IMG/VR virus record: IMGVR_UViG_3300032218_000524
Span: 1-31,614 of that record
Source: a virus
Taxonomy: Duplodnaviria; Caudoviricetes
Reading direction: 5' to 3' (one strand)
Length of the DNA: 31,614 nt
In this document: piece by piece, positions 8,418 to 17,180 of the stretch
Numbering within the stretch: position 1 is the stretch's first letter
Layout of the letters: each line of letters opens with the position of its first letter
Program-made: the position numbers and the translations under genes
The notes under the pieces: generated by a model
Told to the model about the DNA's origin: nothing
The model's database searches: none
Seen by the model: the letters and a program-made list of their open reading frames with translations, nothing else

Positions 8418-8426
8418 CTATCTTTA
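8396..8426 (+). promoter_or_regulatory. Bacteroidota-type promoter TTTG-N19-TATCTTTA
   Basis: Consensus spacing; one mismatch in the -7 box. Confidence 0.6.
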
Positions 8427-8431
8427 GCAAA

Positions 8432-8520
8432 ATGATGAATGCAGACATCATAATACTAACAATCTTTTTATCCTATTGGGGGAGGTGCTGCATCACCAAC
8501 CTCAATGGGATATTTTTTTT
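8432..8520 (+). ncRNA. Candidate kissing-loop leader RNA/attenuator ending in a terminator-like hairpin
   Basis: Hairpin 1 ATGATG/CATCAT with loop AATGCAGA; hairpin 2 (8469-8512) with loop CTGCAT, then T8; loop sequences ATGCAG and CTGCAT are complementary. Confidence 0.65.
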
Positions 8521-8982
8521 ATGCAAATACATTTAAACGATCTCGAATTAAAATTAATTAAACATCTTGCGATTCAGCGAGAAGAGATTACCAAAGGAAT
8601 AGAAAATTTTAAGAATTACAAGGTAGATGATAAGCCAAGTTTACAAATGGCCTATGAAGGACTATGTTCTGAATTCGCATTTTGCAAATTGATGAATATA
8701 TATCCCGATTTGTCATTACAAAACTATGGACATATTGACTGTTATCATCCAGATTGGGGAACTATTGATGTAAAGTCTACAAAGTTTACTGATGGAAAAC
8801 TTTTAGTTGGCTTATGGAAGAAGAAGTTTCCTGATGCATATGTGTTAATGATAGACAAAAATCCTATTTTCGATTTTGTTGGCTGGATAGAATCTGAAAA
8901 GATGATAGATGATGCTAACATTGAAAGTACAGGAAAGGGAAAAGCATATATAATGCCACAATGGAAACTAAATAAACTATAA
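8521..8982 (+). CDS. Putative PD-(D/E)xK nuclease-like protein
   Basis: G..SE.AF, ID.....TIDVKST motifs; ATG 8521 preferred because the TTG start lies inside the RNA hairpin. Confidence 0.5.
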   Translation: MQIHLNDLELKLIKHLAIQREEITKGIENFKNYKVDDKPSLQMAYEGLCSEFAFCKLMNIYPDLSLQNYGHIDCYHPDWGTIDVKSTKFTDGKLLVGLWKKKFPDAYVLMIDKNPIFDFVGWIESEKMIDDANIESTGKGKAYIMPQWKLNKL

Positions 8983-8983
8983 A

Positions 8984-9706
8984 ATGAATACAGGCCAAAT
9001 AATCAAGTCTAAAACTACGGATAGGTATACTACCATTCCGAATGAGATAATCAAATCTACCCACCTTAAAATGGCTGAGAAAGGATTTTTATGTTATTTG
9101 TTATCACTTCCAGCAGATTGGGTTATATATAAAGTTAATTTGTATAAGAATTTGCCTGATCCAAAGGGAACAATAGATACTTTATTTAAATCTTTACAGG
9201 ACAAAGGATATATCGTTTCTGTTAGGATAGTAAATTCAGAGACTGGGAAGTTTATTGGATGGAATCATATTGTCTATGATGAGCCAACCGACATTGACTT
9301 TTACCGAAGTCGGGATTTACCGATATCGGTTTCCACCGAAGTCGGTGAATCTGCCCCTATACTAAGTACTAATAATACAATACTAAATACTAATATCTTA
9401 GTAAATAATAATACAAAAGAAAAAAAGCCGTTACTTGAAGAAGTTATTAGCTATTTTTTAGAAAAAAACAGTACAGAAGAAAGGGCAAAACAGGCATATG
9501 AATACTACGATGCTGCAAATTGGCACGATAGCAGAGGAAAAATTGTAAAAAATTGGAAACAAAAAATGTTGGCTAATTGGATTAATAACAATAACTTTAC
9601 TAAAACCACAAAAAATGAAACAACTAAACGAACTAATCTCGACTACTACAAAGACGCTTACGAGCAGTCCATCGAATGGGCAAAAAAATGGGATGACCAA
9701 AGATGA
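8984..9706 (+). CDS. Phage replication initiator (N-terminal winged HTH, lambda O-like organisation)
   Basis: YTTIPNEII...L...KGFLCYLLSLP.DW...L.DKGYI; internal iterons; C-terminal EEV..YF...YY..ANW....GK.VKNWK domain. Confidence 0.8.
   Translation: MNTGQIIKSKTTDRYTTIPNEIIKSTHLKMAEKGFLCYLLSLPADWVIYKVNLYKNLPDPKGTIDTLFKSLQDKGYIVSVRIVNSETGKFIGWNHIVYDEPTDIDFYRSRDLPISVSTEVGESAPILSTNNTILNTNILVNNNTKEKKPLLEEVISYFLEKNSTEERAKQAYEYYDAANWHDSRGKIVKNWKQKMLANWINNNNFTKTTKNETTKRTNLDYYKDAYEQSIEWAKKWDDQR
9287..9425. other. Putative origin of replication: four iterons at 16-bp period plus AT-rich tract
   Basis: ACCGAnnTCGG(T/G) at 9303, 9319 and 9335, degenerate copy at 9287; TACTAA at 9360, 9367, 9381 and 9388. 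Confidence 0.8.
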
Positions 9707-10385
9707 GATAGCTTTTATCTTTGCTAAAAGTTCTCCAAGAATGAAGGAAGTTCACATTCCAGAAATCATTCAAATACTAAACAAAGGAATGCTACTACTT
9801 GGAATCAAAGGCGAAAAATTACCTTCGGAATTTGAATATCAAGTACTAACAACTGAATTAAGAACGCAATACGCTGGACTTGCACTTAAGGAATTAGACC
9901 TTGCTTTTACATTAGCAGCACGAGATCAACTTGATTTTAATGCAGAAACTTATCAGGCAATGACAGTCTTTTATCTAAACAAAATGCTATCTTCTTATTT
10001 ACGATGGGCAGCACAAAAGCAATTTGTAGATAGGATTCTTGATGAGCCAAAACAACCAGAATTTGACAAAGTAGAAGAAGATGAGATAATTAGAACTTCC
10101 TTTGAAAGTTTTAAAAAGTTTAAGAAATGGGATGCTATCTTTAATTCATTGGGTACATTCAGAATTCTGATTGAAAGAGATTTGATTGATATGACAGAGG
10201 GAAGCAGAGAAGAAATAGTAACTATAACTGAACAAGCCATTAAACAACTTGCTCAACAGGTAGATCACGAAGATAGGCAAACCATTCTTAACCAGCTTGA
10301 AGATGATGATGCAATGGAATTAAACTGCAAAAGAATGGCAGTTGCTCAATACTTCAATAAAATTATGAGAGATGAGAGAAAATAA
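9615..10385 (+). CDS. Hypothetical replication protein (possible helicase loader; start may be later, e.g. 9693)
   Basis: 256-aa helical ORF overlapping the initiator's 3' end, in the lambda P position; function inferred from position only. Confidence 0.45.
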   Translation: MKQLNELISTTTKTLTSSPSNGQKNGMTKDEIAFIFAKSSPRMKEVHIPEIIQILNKGMLLLGIKGEKLPSEFEYQVLTTELRTQYAGLALKELDLAFTLAARDQLDFNAETYQAMTVFYLNKMLSSYLRWAAQKQFVDRILDEPKQPEFDKVEEDEIIRTSFESFKKFKKWDAIFNSLGTFRILIERDLIDMTEGSREEIVTITEQAIKQLAQQVDHEDRQTILNQLEDDDAMELNCKRMAVAQYFNKIMRDERK

Positions 10386-11481
10386 ACTTAATGTTTTGTC
10401 TCTCTTTGATGGAATGTCTTGTGGTCAACAGGCATTAGAAAGAGCTGGATTTAATATAGAAAATTACTTTGCTTCAGAGATTGACAAGTATGCTATTCAA
10501 GTAACAATGGTTAACTATCCAAATACTAAACAACTTGGATCAGTAGTCAACGTAGATGGATATTCTTTGCCTAAAATAGATTTACTACTTGGTGGAAGTC
10601 CTTGTCAATCTTTCTCATTTGCAGGTAAACGAAATGGAATGTCAACTAAAGATGAACAAGAAATATATACTTTAGAACATTATTTACAATTAAAATCTGA
10701 AAACTATGAATTTGAAGGTCAATCCTATTTATTTTGGGAATATATGAGGATATTAAATGAAGTTAAACCTAAATATTTTTTATTAGAAAATGTAGAGATG
10801 GGAGAGAAATGGGAAAAGATTTTAAATAAAGCAATAGGTATAAAAGGTATTCATATTAATTCATCTTTAGTATCAGCACAAAATAGAAAAAGAATATATT
10901 GGACAAATATAGGATTAGAGAAAAAAGGATTATTTGGAGATTATGAATCTATAGTAGAACAACCTAAAGATAAAGGTATATTACTGAAAGATATTTTAGA
11001 AGATGAAGTTGATAAAAAGTATTATATAAATTCAGAAAATACAAAAAGATTATTGAATTTAATAAAGGATAAAGATTTAAAAAATTATGAATTATTAGAT
11101 ATTTATAATCAAAAAATTCATAATAATAAATCAACAAGTATTACTGCTCAAATAAGTTCATCTAATTCTATATTTATAGTACATAATCTTCAGAAAAGAA
11201 GTCCTGATAGACCAAGTATTAAAAAAAATAAAAATGCAGGTGGTAGTGGTCATTTAAGCAGACAAGATGGAAAAACATATTGTTTAGATAGTGCTAATAC
11301 CCAAGCAGTTGAAATAAAAGCTGATGAAAAAATAAGAAAACTTACTCCATTAGAATGTGAAAGACTTCAAACAGTTAATGATAATTATACAAATCATGTT
11401 AAAGATTCTCAACGTTATAAAATGTTAGGCAATGGATGGACAATAGACGTAATTGCACATATCTTAAAATATATAAAATGA
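10372..11481 (+). CDS. dcm: DNA (cytosine-5) methyltransferase
   Basis: Motif I LSLFDGMSCG, catalytic GGSPCQ, ENV, QNRKR, RKLTPLECERLQ, motif X LGNG. Confidence 0.95.
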   Translation: MRENKLNVLSLFDGMSCGQQALERAGFNIENYFASEIDKYAIQVTMVNYPNTKQLGSVVNVDGYSLPKIDLLLGGSPCQSFSFAGKRNGMSTKDEQEIYTLEHYLQLKSENYEFEGQSYLFWEYMRILNEVKPKYFLLENVEMGEKWEKILNKAIGIKGIHINSSLVSAQNRKRIYWTNIGLEKKGLFGDYESIVEQPKDKGILLKDILEDEVDKKYYINSENTKRLLNLIKDKDLKNYELLDIYNQKIHNNKSTSITAQISSSNSIFIVHNLQKRSPDRPSIKKNKNAGGSGHLSRQDGKTYCLDSANTQAVEIKADEKIRKLTPLECERLQTVNDNYTNHVKDSQRYKMLGNGWTIDVIAHILKYIK

Positions 11482-11684
11482 AAGATAATATAGTAGAATT
11501 AGTCATAGACAAATACAAACATAGGTCTGAAGCTGGTATTGAGAAATATGGCACAACGCTTGAAAGAAACTTACTTACCTTTGATGAATGGATGACACAC
11601 CTTCAAGAAGAACTTATGGATGCTACTTTGTACATTGAGAAGATTAAAAAACTTGGAATAAATAACGCTAAAAATGCTGATTAA
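11478..11684 (+). CDS. Small all-alpha protein, possibly MazG-like NTP pyrophosphatase
   Basis: GIEKYGTTL...HLQEELMDATLY motif; ATGA-coupled start at 11478. Confidence 0.5.
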   Translation: MKDNIVELVIDKYKHRSEAGIEKYGTTLERNLLTFDEWMTHLQEELMDATLYIEKIKKLGINNAKNAD

Positions 11685-11760
11685 AATAATATTAGTAATT
11701 TTAACTTATGAGATTATTAGGTACTGGATAATTAAACTATTTTACAAAATCATAAACTAA
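11674..11760 (+). CDS. 28-aa hydrophobic peptide (MLIKIILVILTYEIIRYWIIKLFYKIIN)
   Basis: Manually translated; fills the gap between neighbouring genes. Confidence 0.45.
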   Translation: MLIKIILVILTYEIIRYWIIKLFYKIIN

Positions 11761-11765
11761 ACAAA

Positions 11766-11984
11766 ATGAAACCACAACAAAAAGCTAAACAGTTATTCTA
11801 CAAGATGCATCAAGAAATTAATGGAACTGAAAAAGGTATGGATCAAAAGTATGCTGCTTTTAGATGTTCATTAGTAGCAGTAGATGAAGTATTGCAAAAC
11901 ATTAATGATACATTTCAAGGTTTTCTGGATGCTGACCTTGTGGCATATTGGCAACAAGTTAAAAAAGAAATGAATAGCTTATGA
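11766..11984 (+). CDS. Hypothetical protein
   Basis: 72 aa; KAKQL...SLVAVDEVL...YWQQVKKE; A-rich leader. Confidence 0.65.
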   Translation: MKPQQKAKQLFYKMHQEINGTEKGMDQKYAAFRCSLVAVDEVLQNINDTFQGFLDADLVAYWQQVKKEMNSL

Positions 11985-12247
11985 AACAGATATTAACAAT
12001 AGCTTTAATCTTATCATTGATAGCATTATTTATTCAAGTCCATTCGACTTCCAAAGCACAAAAGGAACTTACTGATGCTAAACTTAAGTATCAGGGATTG
12101 CACGAATATTCGGATTCTTTATATACTGAATTATATCCAGCACAAAACGAATTGGATAGACATATTGAGGCTTTACATATTTTTATGAAAAGGAATCCTA
12201 AAGCTGCTGACCAATATGCCACAATAATTTCAGAAGAAACAGAATAA
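11981..12247 (+). CDS. Membrane-anchored coiled-coil protein
   Basis: N-terminal hydrophobic helix followed by a helical region. Confidence 0.6.
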   Translation: MKQILTIALILSLIALFIQVHSTSKAQKELTDAKLKYQGLHEYSDSLYTELYPAQNELDRHIEALHIFMKRNPKAADQYATIISEETE

Positions 12248-12250
12248 CCT

Positions 12251-12565
12251 ATGGATTTAACGGCAAGTGAATTAACTAAATGGGCAAAGGAAACTTTGGC
12301 TAAGACTGGATGCAGACTTAACAGAGTGAACAACATTCCTGTAAGAAGAAGGAAGGGAACGATAGAAAAGGGATGGCCAGACCTTCAAGGTTATACATCA
12401 TTAGGTTTATATTGTTGCGTTGAAGTTAAAAAAATAGGGGATAAATTAAGCATAGAACAGATTGATAGATTGGAAGATGTAACTAATTGTAATGGAATAG
12501 CTTATATTTGTACTGAATATGAAAGCGAACCTTTATTAATTCAATGGGGCGAAACGAAATTTTAA
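12251..12565 (+). CDS. VRR-NUC-like PD-(D/E)xK nuclease (possible Holliday junction resolvase)
   Basis: KGWPDL...VEVKK..DKLSIEQ motif. Confidence 0.8.
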   Translation: MDLTASELTKWAKETLAKTGCRLNRVNNIPVRRRKGTIEKGWPDLQGYTSLGLYCCVEVKKIGDKLSIEQIDRLEDVTNCNGIAYICTEYESEPLLIQWGETKF

Positions 12566-13026
12566 TAGAATTTTGGAATTCTGAAGAGGTTAACAATGCC
12601 TTTTCAAGGATGCATCCTATTGAATTAAAAGACGATCTAAAAGCTGAAGTATTCCTTATCTTATGCGAGATGCCAGAAGCTAAATTGATTGATTTATATG
12701 ATAAGAAACAACTTCGATTCTATCTTGTTCGCATAATGCTTAATCTTGTACAATCTACTGATAAAAAATTCTATCAAAAGTACAGGAACTTTACAGAACT
12801 TGTAGGCTATGAAAAGAAAGATGAGGAGTATAACGAAGAGATTATAAATGTTAATGCACACATTGAGGATTTATATTGGTATAAACAAGAGATATTAAGA
12901 TTATATACATTTGAATTTAACAAAAATGCAAGGGAATTGAGCAAGAATACTGGTATTCATTATATGTCTATAATAAGGACTTTGAATCAGATTAAACAAG
13001 AATTAAAGAAAAAAATTAGACAATGA
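12544..13026 (+). CDS. Phage ECF-like RNA polymerase sigma factor
   Basis: Region 2-like DDLKAEVFLIL...FYLVRIMLN; region 4 HTH-like RELSKNTGIHYMSIIRTLNQIKQELKK; 160 aa. Confidence 0.7.
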   Translation: MGRNEILIEFWNSEEVNNAFSRMHPIELKDDLKAEVFLILCEMPEAKLIDLYDKKQLRFYLVRIMLNLVQSTDKKFYQKYRNFTELVGYEKKDEEYNEEIINVNAHIEDLYWYKQEILRLYTFEFNKNARELSKNTGIHYMSIIRTLNQIKQELKKKIRQ

Positions 13027-13211
13027 AAAAAAACGATTATACCATATACATATTCTGCATATACCTTATATTGATTATTATACTTTTATTGAGCCAACAA
13101 TCTTGTAATTTATACTATAAGACATTATATAGAGGTAAGCAAACAAGTTGCCCTACTAACAATCCAAAATACTTTTATAAACAAGCTGGAACTAAACCTT
13201 TCAAAAGATGA
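13023..13211 (+). CDS. Small membrane protein, possible lipoprotein
   Basis: MKK start, hydrophobic stretch, then QQSC; ATGA-coupled. Confidence 0.5.
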   Translation: MKKNDYTIYIFCIYLILIIILLLSQQSCNLYYKTLYRGKQTSCPTNNPKYFYKQAGTKPFKR

Positions 13212-13450
13212 TTATAATAGCTGCAATCTGTTTCTCTTTGTTCTTTATAGAGATACATCGTTATCCAGAGCGATGGAAAATTAACTTTAAGCCGTTTAAT
13301 TGTGGCAGTTGCCTTGCTGCTTGGACTGCATTAGCTTTATATTTATCCCCTAAAATAGTAACCGATATCTTTTTAGTTATGTTTGTTAGTGGTGTTATTG
13401 CACCGATAGCAAGGAATGCTATGAATTGGTTATGGAAAAAACTTTATTAA
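13208..13450 (+). CDS. Small membrane protein with CxxC
   Basis: KPFNCGSCLAAW between hydrophobic segments. Confidence 0.6.
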   Translation: MIIIAAICFSLFFIEIHRYPERWKINFKPFNCGSCLAAWTALALYLSPKIVTDIFLVMFVSGVIAPIARNAMNWLWKKLY

Positions 13451-13451
13451 T

Positions 13452-13745
13452 ATGAATCAAGAAGATAAGGAATTTATGGAAGCCAATATTAACAATTACC
13501 ATACCATACAGAATGGTTATTTGCGTAATCTTGATATTCATTTGATGAATAGATATGAGGCTATTTATAGAAGCAATTTAGATGCAAACTTCCTACTAAC
13601 TAAATGGTGTGCAGCTTGTGTAATGGATTGTCTTACAAGGCTATATAATCACTATGTAAGTCTACCAAAGGAAGAAGTCCAAGACTTGACAAAAACTGAC
13701 TTGACAAATATTGTCAAACCTAAAAGAGGCAGACCTAAAAGATGA
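13452..13745 (+). CDS. Hypothetical protein with CxxC and C-terminal AT-hook-like motif
   Basis: WCAAC; ends KPKRGRPKR. Confidence 0.6.
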   Translation: MNQEDKEFMEANINNYHTIQNGYLRNLDIHLMNRYEAIYRSNLDANFLLTKWCAACVMDCLTRLYNHYVSLPKEEVQDLTKTDLTNIVKPKRGRPKR

Positions 13746-14737
13746 GAGTACTCGGAATAACTTCTGCAAATTCTGGTGTTGGTTATCATAGAATTATGAT
13801 GCCATTGGTACATCTTGAAAAAGACTATTGTTTAATTACCGATACATTGTCAGAGGAAGTCTTTGAGAAAGGCTTTGACATTGTAGTAATGAATAGATTT
13901 TTATCTAATGTTAGCATAGATGAGATTGTAAGATTGAGGGATAAATTTGGATTCAAACTGGTAGTAGATAATGATGATTACTGGAAGTTAGAGCCATCGC
14001 ATATACTTGCTGAAAGATATTATGAATTTGGCATTACAGAACAAATCACAAAGTATTTAAGGATAGCTGACCTATGTACCTGTACTCACGAAAGATTAGC
14101 TGAAGAGATTAAGCCATATAATTCAAACGTAGAAATACTTCCTAATGCATTGCCTTATGGGAGAGAGCAGTTTATGGATAACAAAGTTGAATCTGATTTG
14201 GTTCGATTCTTTTGGTCTGGATCGGGAACGCATATAAACGACATAGATATACTTAAAAGACCTATGAAGCGATGCGTAGGATTACCTATCCATACAGTTA
14301 TGGCTGGTCATAATGAAGGAGAGAAGCATTTATGGGATAGAATGATAACTTCTTTTACTGCTGGACTAAAGCTGAATCCTAAACTATATGCTTATAATGA
14401 GGTAACTAAATATATGGCAGCTTATGCTGATAGCGATGTTTCTATTATCCCTTTGGTAGATAATAAGTTTAATGCTATGAAAAGCAATTTAAAGGTATTG
14501 GAAACGGCAGCTAAAAAGAATCCTGCAATAGTATCTGAAGTGAATCCATATTTAGGATTGCCAGTACATTACGTTAAGAATCAAGGGGATTGGTTTAAGC
14601 ATATAAGGAATTTAACCTTTGACAAAGCTATGCGAGAAGAGAGTGGATTGAATCTTTTTAACCATTGCGATAAGTACTTCAATTTTGACTTGATAAATGC
14701 GAATAGATTAAGCATTTATAAGAAGTTAATAACATAG
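13742..14737 (+). CDS. Glycosyltransferase, GT-B fold (GT4-like)
   Basis: GVGYHRI..PL, VVDNDDYW, LPNA, DVSIIPL.DNKFN..KSNLKVLE motifs. Confidence 0.85.
   Translation: MRVLGITSANSGVGYHRIMMPLVHLEKDYCLITDTLSEEVFEKGFDIVVMNRFLSNVSIDEIVRLRDKFGFKLVVDNDDYWKLEPSHILAERYYEFGITEQITKYLRIADLCTCTHERLAEEIKPYNSNVEILPNALPYGREQFMDNKVESDLVRFFWSGSGTHINDIDILKRPMKRCVGLPIHTVMAGHNEGEKHLWDRMITSFTAGLKLNPKLYAYNEVTKYMAAYADSDVSIIPLVDNKFNAMKSNLKVLETAAKKNPAIVSEVNPYLGLPVHYVKNQGDWFKHIRNLTFDKAMREESGLNLFNHCDKYFNFDLINANRLSIYKKLIT
14691..14718 (+). promoter_or_regulatory. Candidate phage late promoter TGATAA-N16-CATTTA
   Basis: Same bipartite motif and spacing as four other sites; precedes the HAD/lysis genes. Confidence 0.55.
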
Positions 14738-14738
14738 T

Positions 14739-15164
14739 ATGCCTGTAATTAAATGCTCAAACGGAAAATATCGCATCGGAACTGGTGCTTGTATCTATGA
14801 TACAGAAGATAAAGCGACAAAGGTATGGAAGGCCATCCTTGCTTCAGGCAAATATAAGGCAGATATGAATAAGGTATCATATGATTATGATGATACGTTA
14901 AGCACAGAGAGAGGGAAGAAAATGGCTATGGCTGACATAAAGAGTGGGAAGATAGTATATATCATTACTCGTAGATCAAGAAGCCAAGAAGTCCTTAATG
15001 TGGCCAAAGATTTAGGCATACCAGACAGTAGAGTAATTTTTACAAGTGGTGCTTTAAAATGGTCAGCAGTTGCCCATTACGGAATCGGTACTCATCACGA
15101 TAATAACGCAAGAGAGATTGAACTTATTAATTCACGGACAGATGCTAAAGGAATTAAGTTTTGA
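14739..15164 (+). CDS. HAD-superfamily phosphatase-like protein with short N-terminal Cys-containing domain
   Basis: HAD motif I YDYDDTL, motif II YIITRR, conserved K, motif IV HHDNN. Confidence 0.65.
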   Translation: MPVIKCSNGKYRIGTGACIYDTEDKATKVWKAILASGKYKADMNKVSYDYDDTLSTERGKKMAMADIKSGKIVYIITRRSRSQEVLNVAKDLGIPDSRVIFTSGALKWSAVAHYGIGTHHDNNAREIELINSRTDAKGIKF

Positions 15165-15442
15165 GTAGGCTTGAGGAATTAGGAATAAACATTAGTCTTT
15201 CATTAGCTGGTTTCTTTGGAAGCCTATTAGTCATTGGCAAGAATGGTATTCACGATTTCAAAACAATGTTTATATCAATGTTGGGAGGTGTGGCTTCAGC
15301 TAATTATCTTACTCCAGTAGTCTGCGAATTGTTTCACGTTGAGAAGTCAAACTACCAATTTAGTATAGCTTTTCTTTTAGGATTTATGGGGTTGAAAGGT
15401 ATTGAGAAAATAGTTTTACGATTATTTAAACGCACCGAATGA
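15161..15442 (+). CDS. Putative holin
   Basis: 93 aa, about three hydrophobic segments, basic C-terminus, coupled to the endolysin. Confidence 0.7.
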   Translation: MSRLEELGINISLSLAGFFGSLLVIGKNGIHDFKTMFISMLGGVASANYLTPVVCELFHVEKSNYQFSIAFLLGFMGLKGIEKIVLRLFKRTE

Positions 15443-16020
15443 GCCTTGAAACTAAACTTACTGCAAATGTGTACATTCAAGTAGAACTTATTAAGGATAA
15501 GTATTATCTTGATGCATTATGTATGGCTCACTTCCTTTCACAATGCAGTCACGAATCAGGCGATTTTAAGCATACTACCGAAAATCTTAATTATTCAGAG
15601 GAAGGATTACTAAAAACATTCCCAAAATACTTCAATACCGATACTGCAAAATTGTATGCGAGGAATCCAGAAAAGATTGCGAGTAAAGTTTATGCTAATC
15701 GAATGGGTAATGGCGATGAAAAGAGTGGCGATGGATTTAGATTTAGGGGAAGAGGTTATATCCAGCTAACAGGCAAGAACAATTACAAACTATTTGGAAA
15801 CTTTATCGGGCAAGATATGATTGCTAATCCAGAGGCAGTTGCGAATATATATCCATTGGAATCTGCTTATTGGTTTTTTACTGCGAATAAACTTTGGGAT
15901 ATATGCAAAGAAGGGGATAGTGAGAAAGTTATCAAAAAGTTGACATTGCGAGTAAATGGTGGTATCTTTGGTCTGCAAGATAGGATAGAGAAGTTTAACT
16001 TCTTTCATCATTACCTTTAA
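15439..16020 (+). CDS. Endolysin, glycoside hydrolase family 19
   Basis: HFLSQCSHESG, ENLNYS, RGRGYIQLTGKNNY, VNGG..GL.DR. Confidence 0.92.
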   Translation: MSLETKLTANVYIQVELIKDKYYLDALCMAHFLSQCSHESGDFKHTTENLNYSEEGLLKTFPKYFNTDTAKLYARNPEKIASKVYANRMGNGDEKSGDGFRFRGRGYIQLTGKNNYKLFGNFIGQDMIANPEAVANIYPLESAYWFFTANKLWDICKEGDSEKVIKKLTLRVNGGIFGLQDRIEKFNFFHHYL

Positions 16021-16029
16021 AAATCCTTT

Positions 16030-16992
16030 ATGACTAATAAAGCACTTTGCCTTAAGTACCGAGAGCAATACGGCTGGGATATGCCAACATTAAAACTTGC
16101 TCGAATACTATACAAGAATGAGAACTTATCGTTCCCTTCATTAGAAGCTGCAAGGACTTCATTAAGAAACTTGGAAGGCAAGTCAGATAAAAAATCTAAA
16201 GCAGTTAAAGTCATTGAGAATAGGCCATTAAATCCATATAATCTACCAGCTTCAGATGAAACTAATTATACTCCTTTCATTATTGATGCTAAAAAATTAC
16301 TTGTTCTGTCCGACATTCATATACCTTACCATAGCATCGAAGCATTATCTTCTGCTATTGAGTGGGGAAAGAAAATGAAACCTGATGCAATATTACTCAA
16401 TGGGGATTGCCTTGATTTCTTCGGTTTAAGTCGTTATGCTAAAGATCCAAAGAAAAGAAGTTTCTCAAGTGAATTAAAATCATTCAAGGACTTTATACAG
16501 GTTTTGAATAAGCAATTAGATGCTAAGATTTATTTCAAGATGGGAAACCACGAAGAAAGATATGAGCATTTTTTATGGATGAAAGCTGGAGAACTTGAAG
16601 GGGTGGATGAATTTGAAATAGGCAATATCATAAAGGCAAGGGCAGAAGGAATAGACATCATAAAGGATAAGCGAATTATTAAAGCAGGGGATTTAAACAT
16701 TATACACGGCCACGAATACCCATCAGCATTCAGTCCAGTAAACATTGCAAGGGGATTGTTCACAAGGGCAAAGGTATCGGCAATGCAAGGCCATAATCAT
16801 TCTACAAGTGAACATACAGAAACTGATATGAATGGCAAGATAGTTACTACATTTTCTTTAGGATGCTTATCTGAATTACATCCTTTATATTTACCTTTGA
16901 ATAAATGGAATCACGGCTTCGCTTTCGTTGAAATAAGTGGCAATGATTTTCAAGTACAAAATAAAAGGATTTATAAAGGAAAAGTTTTATGA
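16030..16992 (+). CDS. Calcineurin-like metallophosphoesterase
   Basis: SDIH, NGD..D, GNHE, HGH and GHNH motifs. Confidence 0.9.
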   Translation: MTNKALCLKYREQYGWDMPTLKLARILYKNENLSFPSLEAARTSLRNLEGKSDKKSKAVKVIENRPLNPYNLPASDETNYTPFIIDAKKLLVLSDIHIPYHSIEALSSAIEWGKKMKPDAILLNGDCLDFFGLSRYAKDPKKRSFSSELKSFKDFIQVLNKQLDAKIYFKMGNHEERYEHFLWMKAGELEGVDEFEIGNIIKARAEGIDIIKDKRIIKAGDLNIIHGHEYPSAFSPVNIARGLFTRAKVSAMQGHNHSTSEHTETDMNGKIVTTFSLGCLSELHPLYLPLNKWNHGFAFVEISGNDFQVQNKRIYKGKVL

Positions 16993-17180
16993 TACCAAAG
17001 AAAGTAAACAAGATGTCATTAGAAGAACAAGAAGTATTTTTTATGAGTAGGCTTAAGCTAATTTATCAAGAAGAACAGTTGTATAGAAAAGCATTGGCAT
17101 CTGTGCGGGGAAAGGTTAAGATAGAAGTAGGCGAAATAGATAGACCAGATTTGATAGCATTGAAGGATGATAAAAGTTAG
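16989..17180 (+). CDS. Hypothetical protein
   Basis: 63-aa ORF, ATGA-coupled. Confidence 0.55.
   Translation: MIPKKVNKMSLEEQEVFFMSRLKLIYQEEQLYRKALASVRGKVKIEVGEIDRPDLIALKDDKS

Noticed and set aside
9287-9346. CRISPR-like array
   Set aside because: A 16-bp period leaves no spacers, there are no cas genes, and it lies in the initiator gene; iterons fit better.
8521-11481. Nuclease-like ORF plus methyltransferase as a restriction-modification system
   Set aside because: They are not adjacent, the nuclease call is weak, and both gene types commonly occur independently in phage replication regions.
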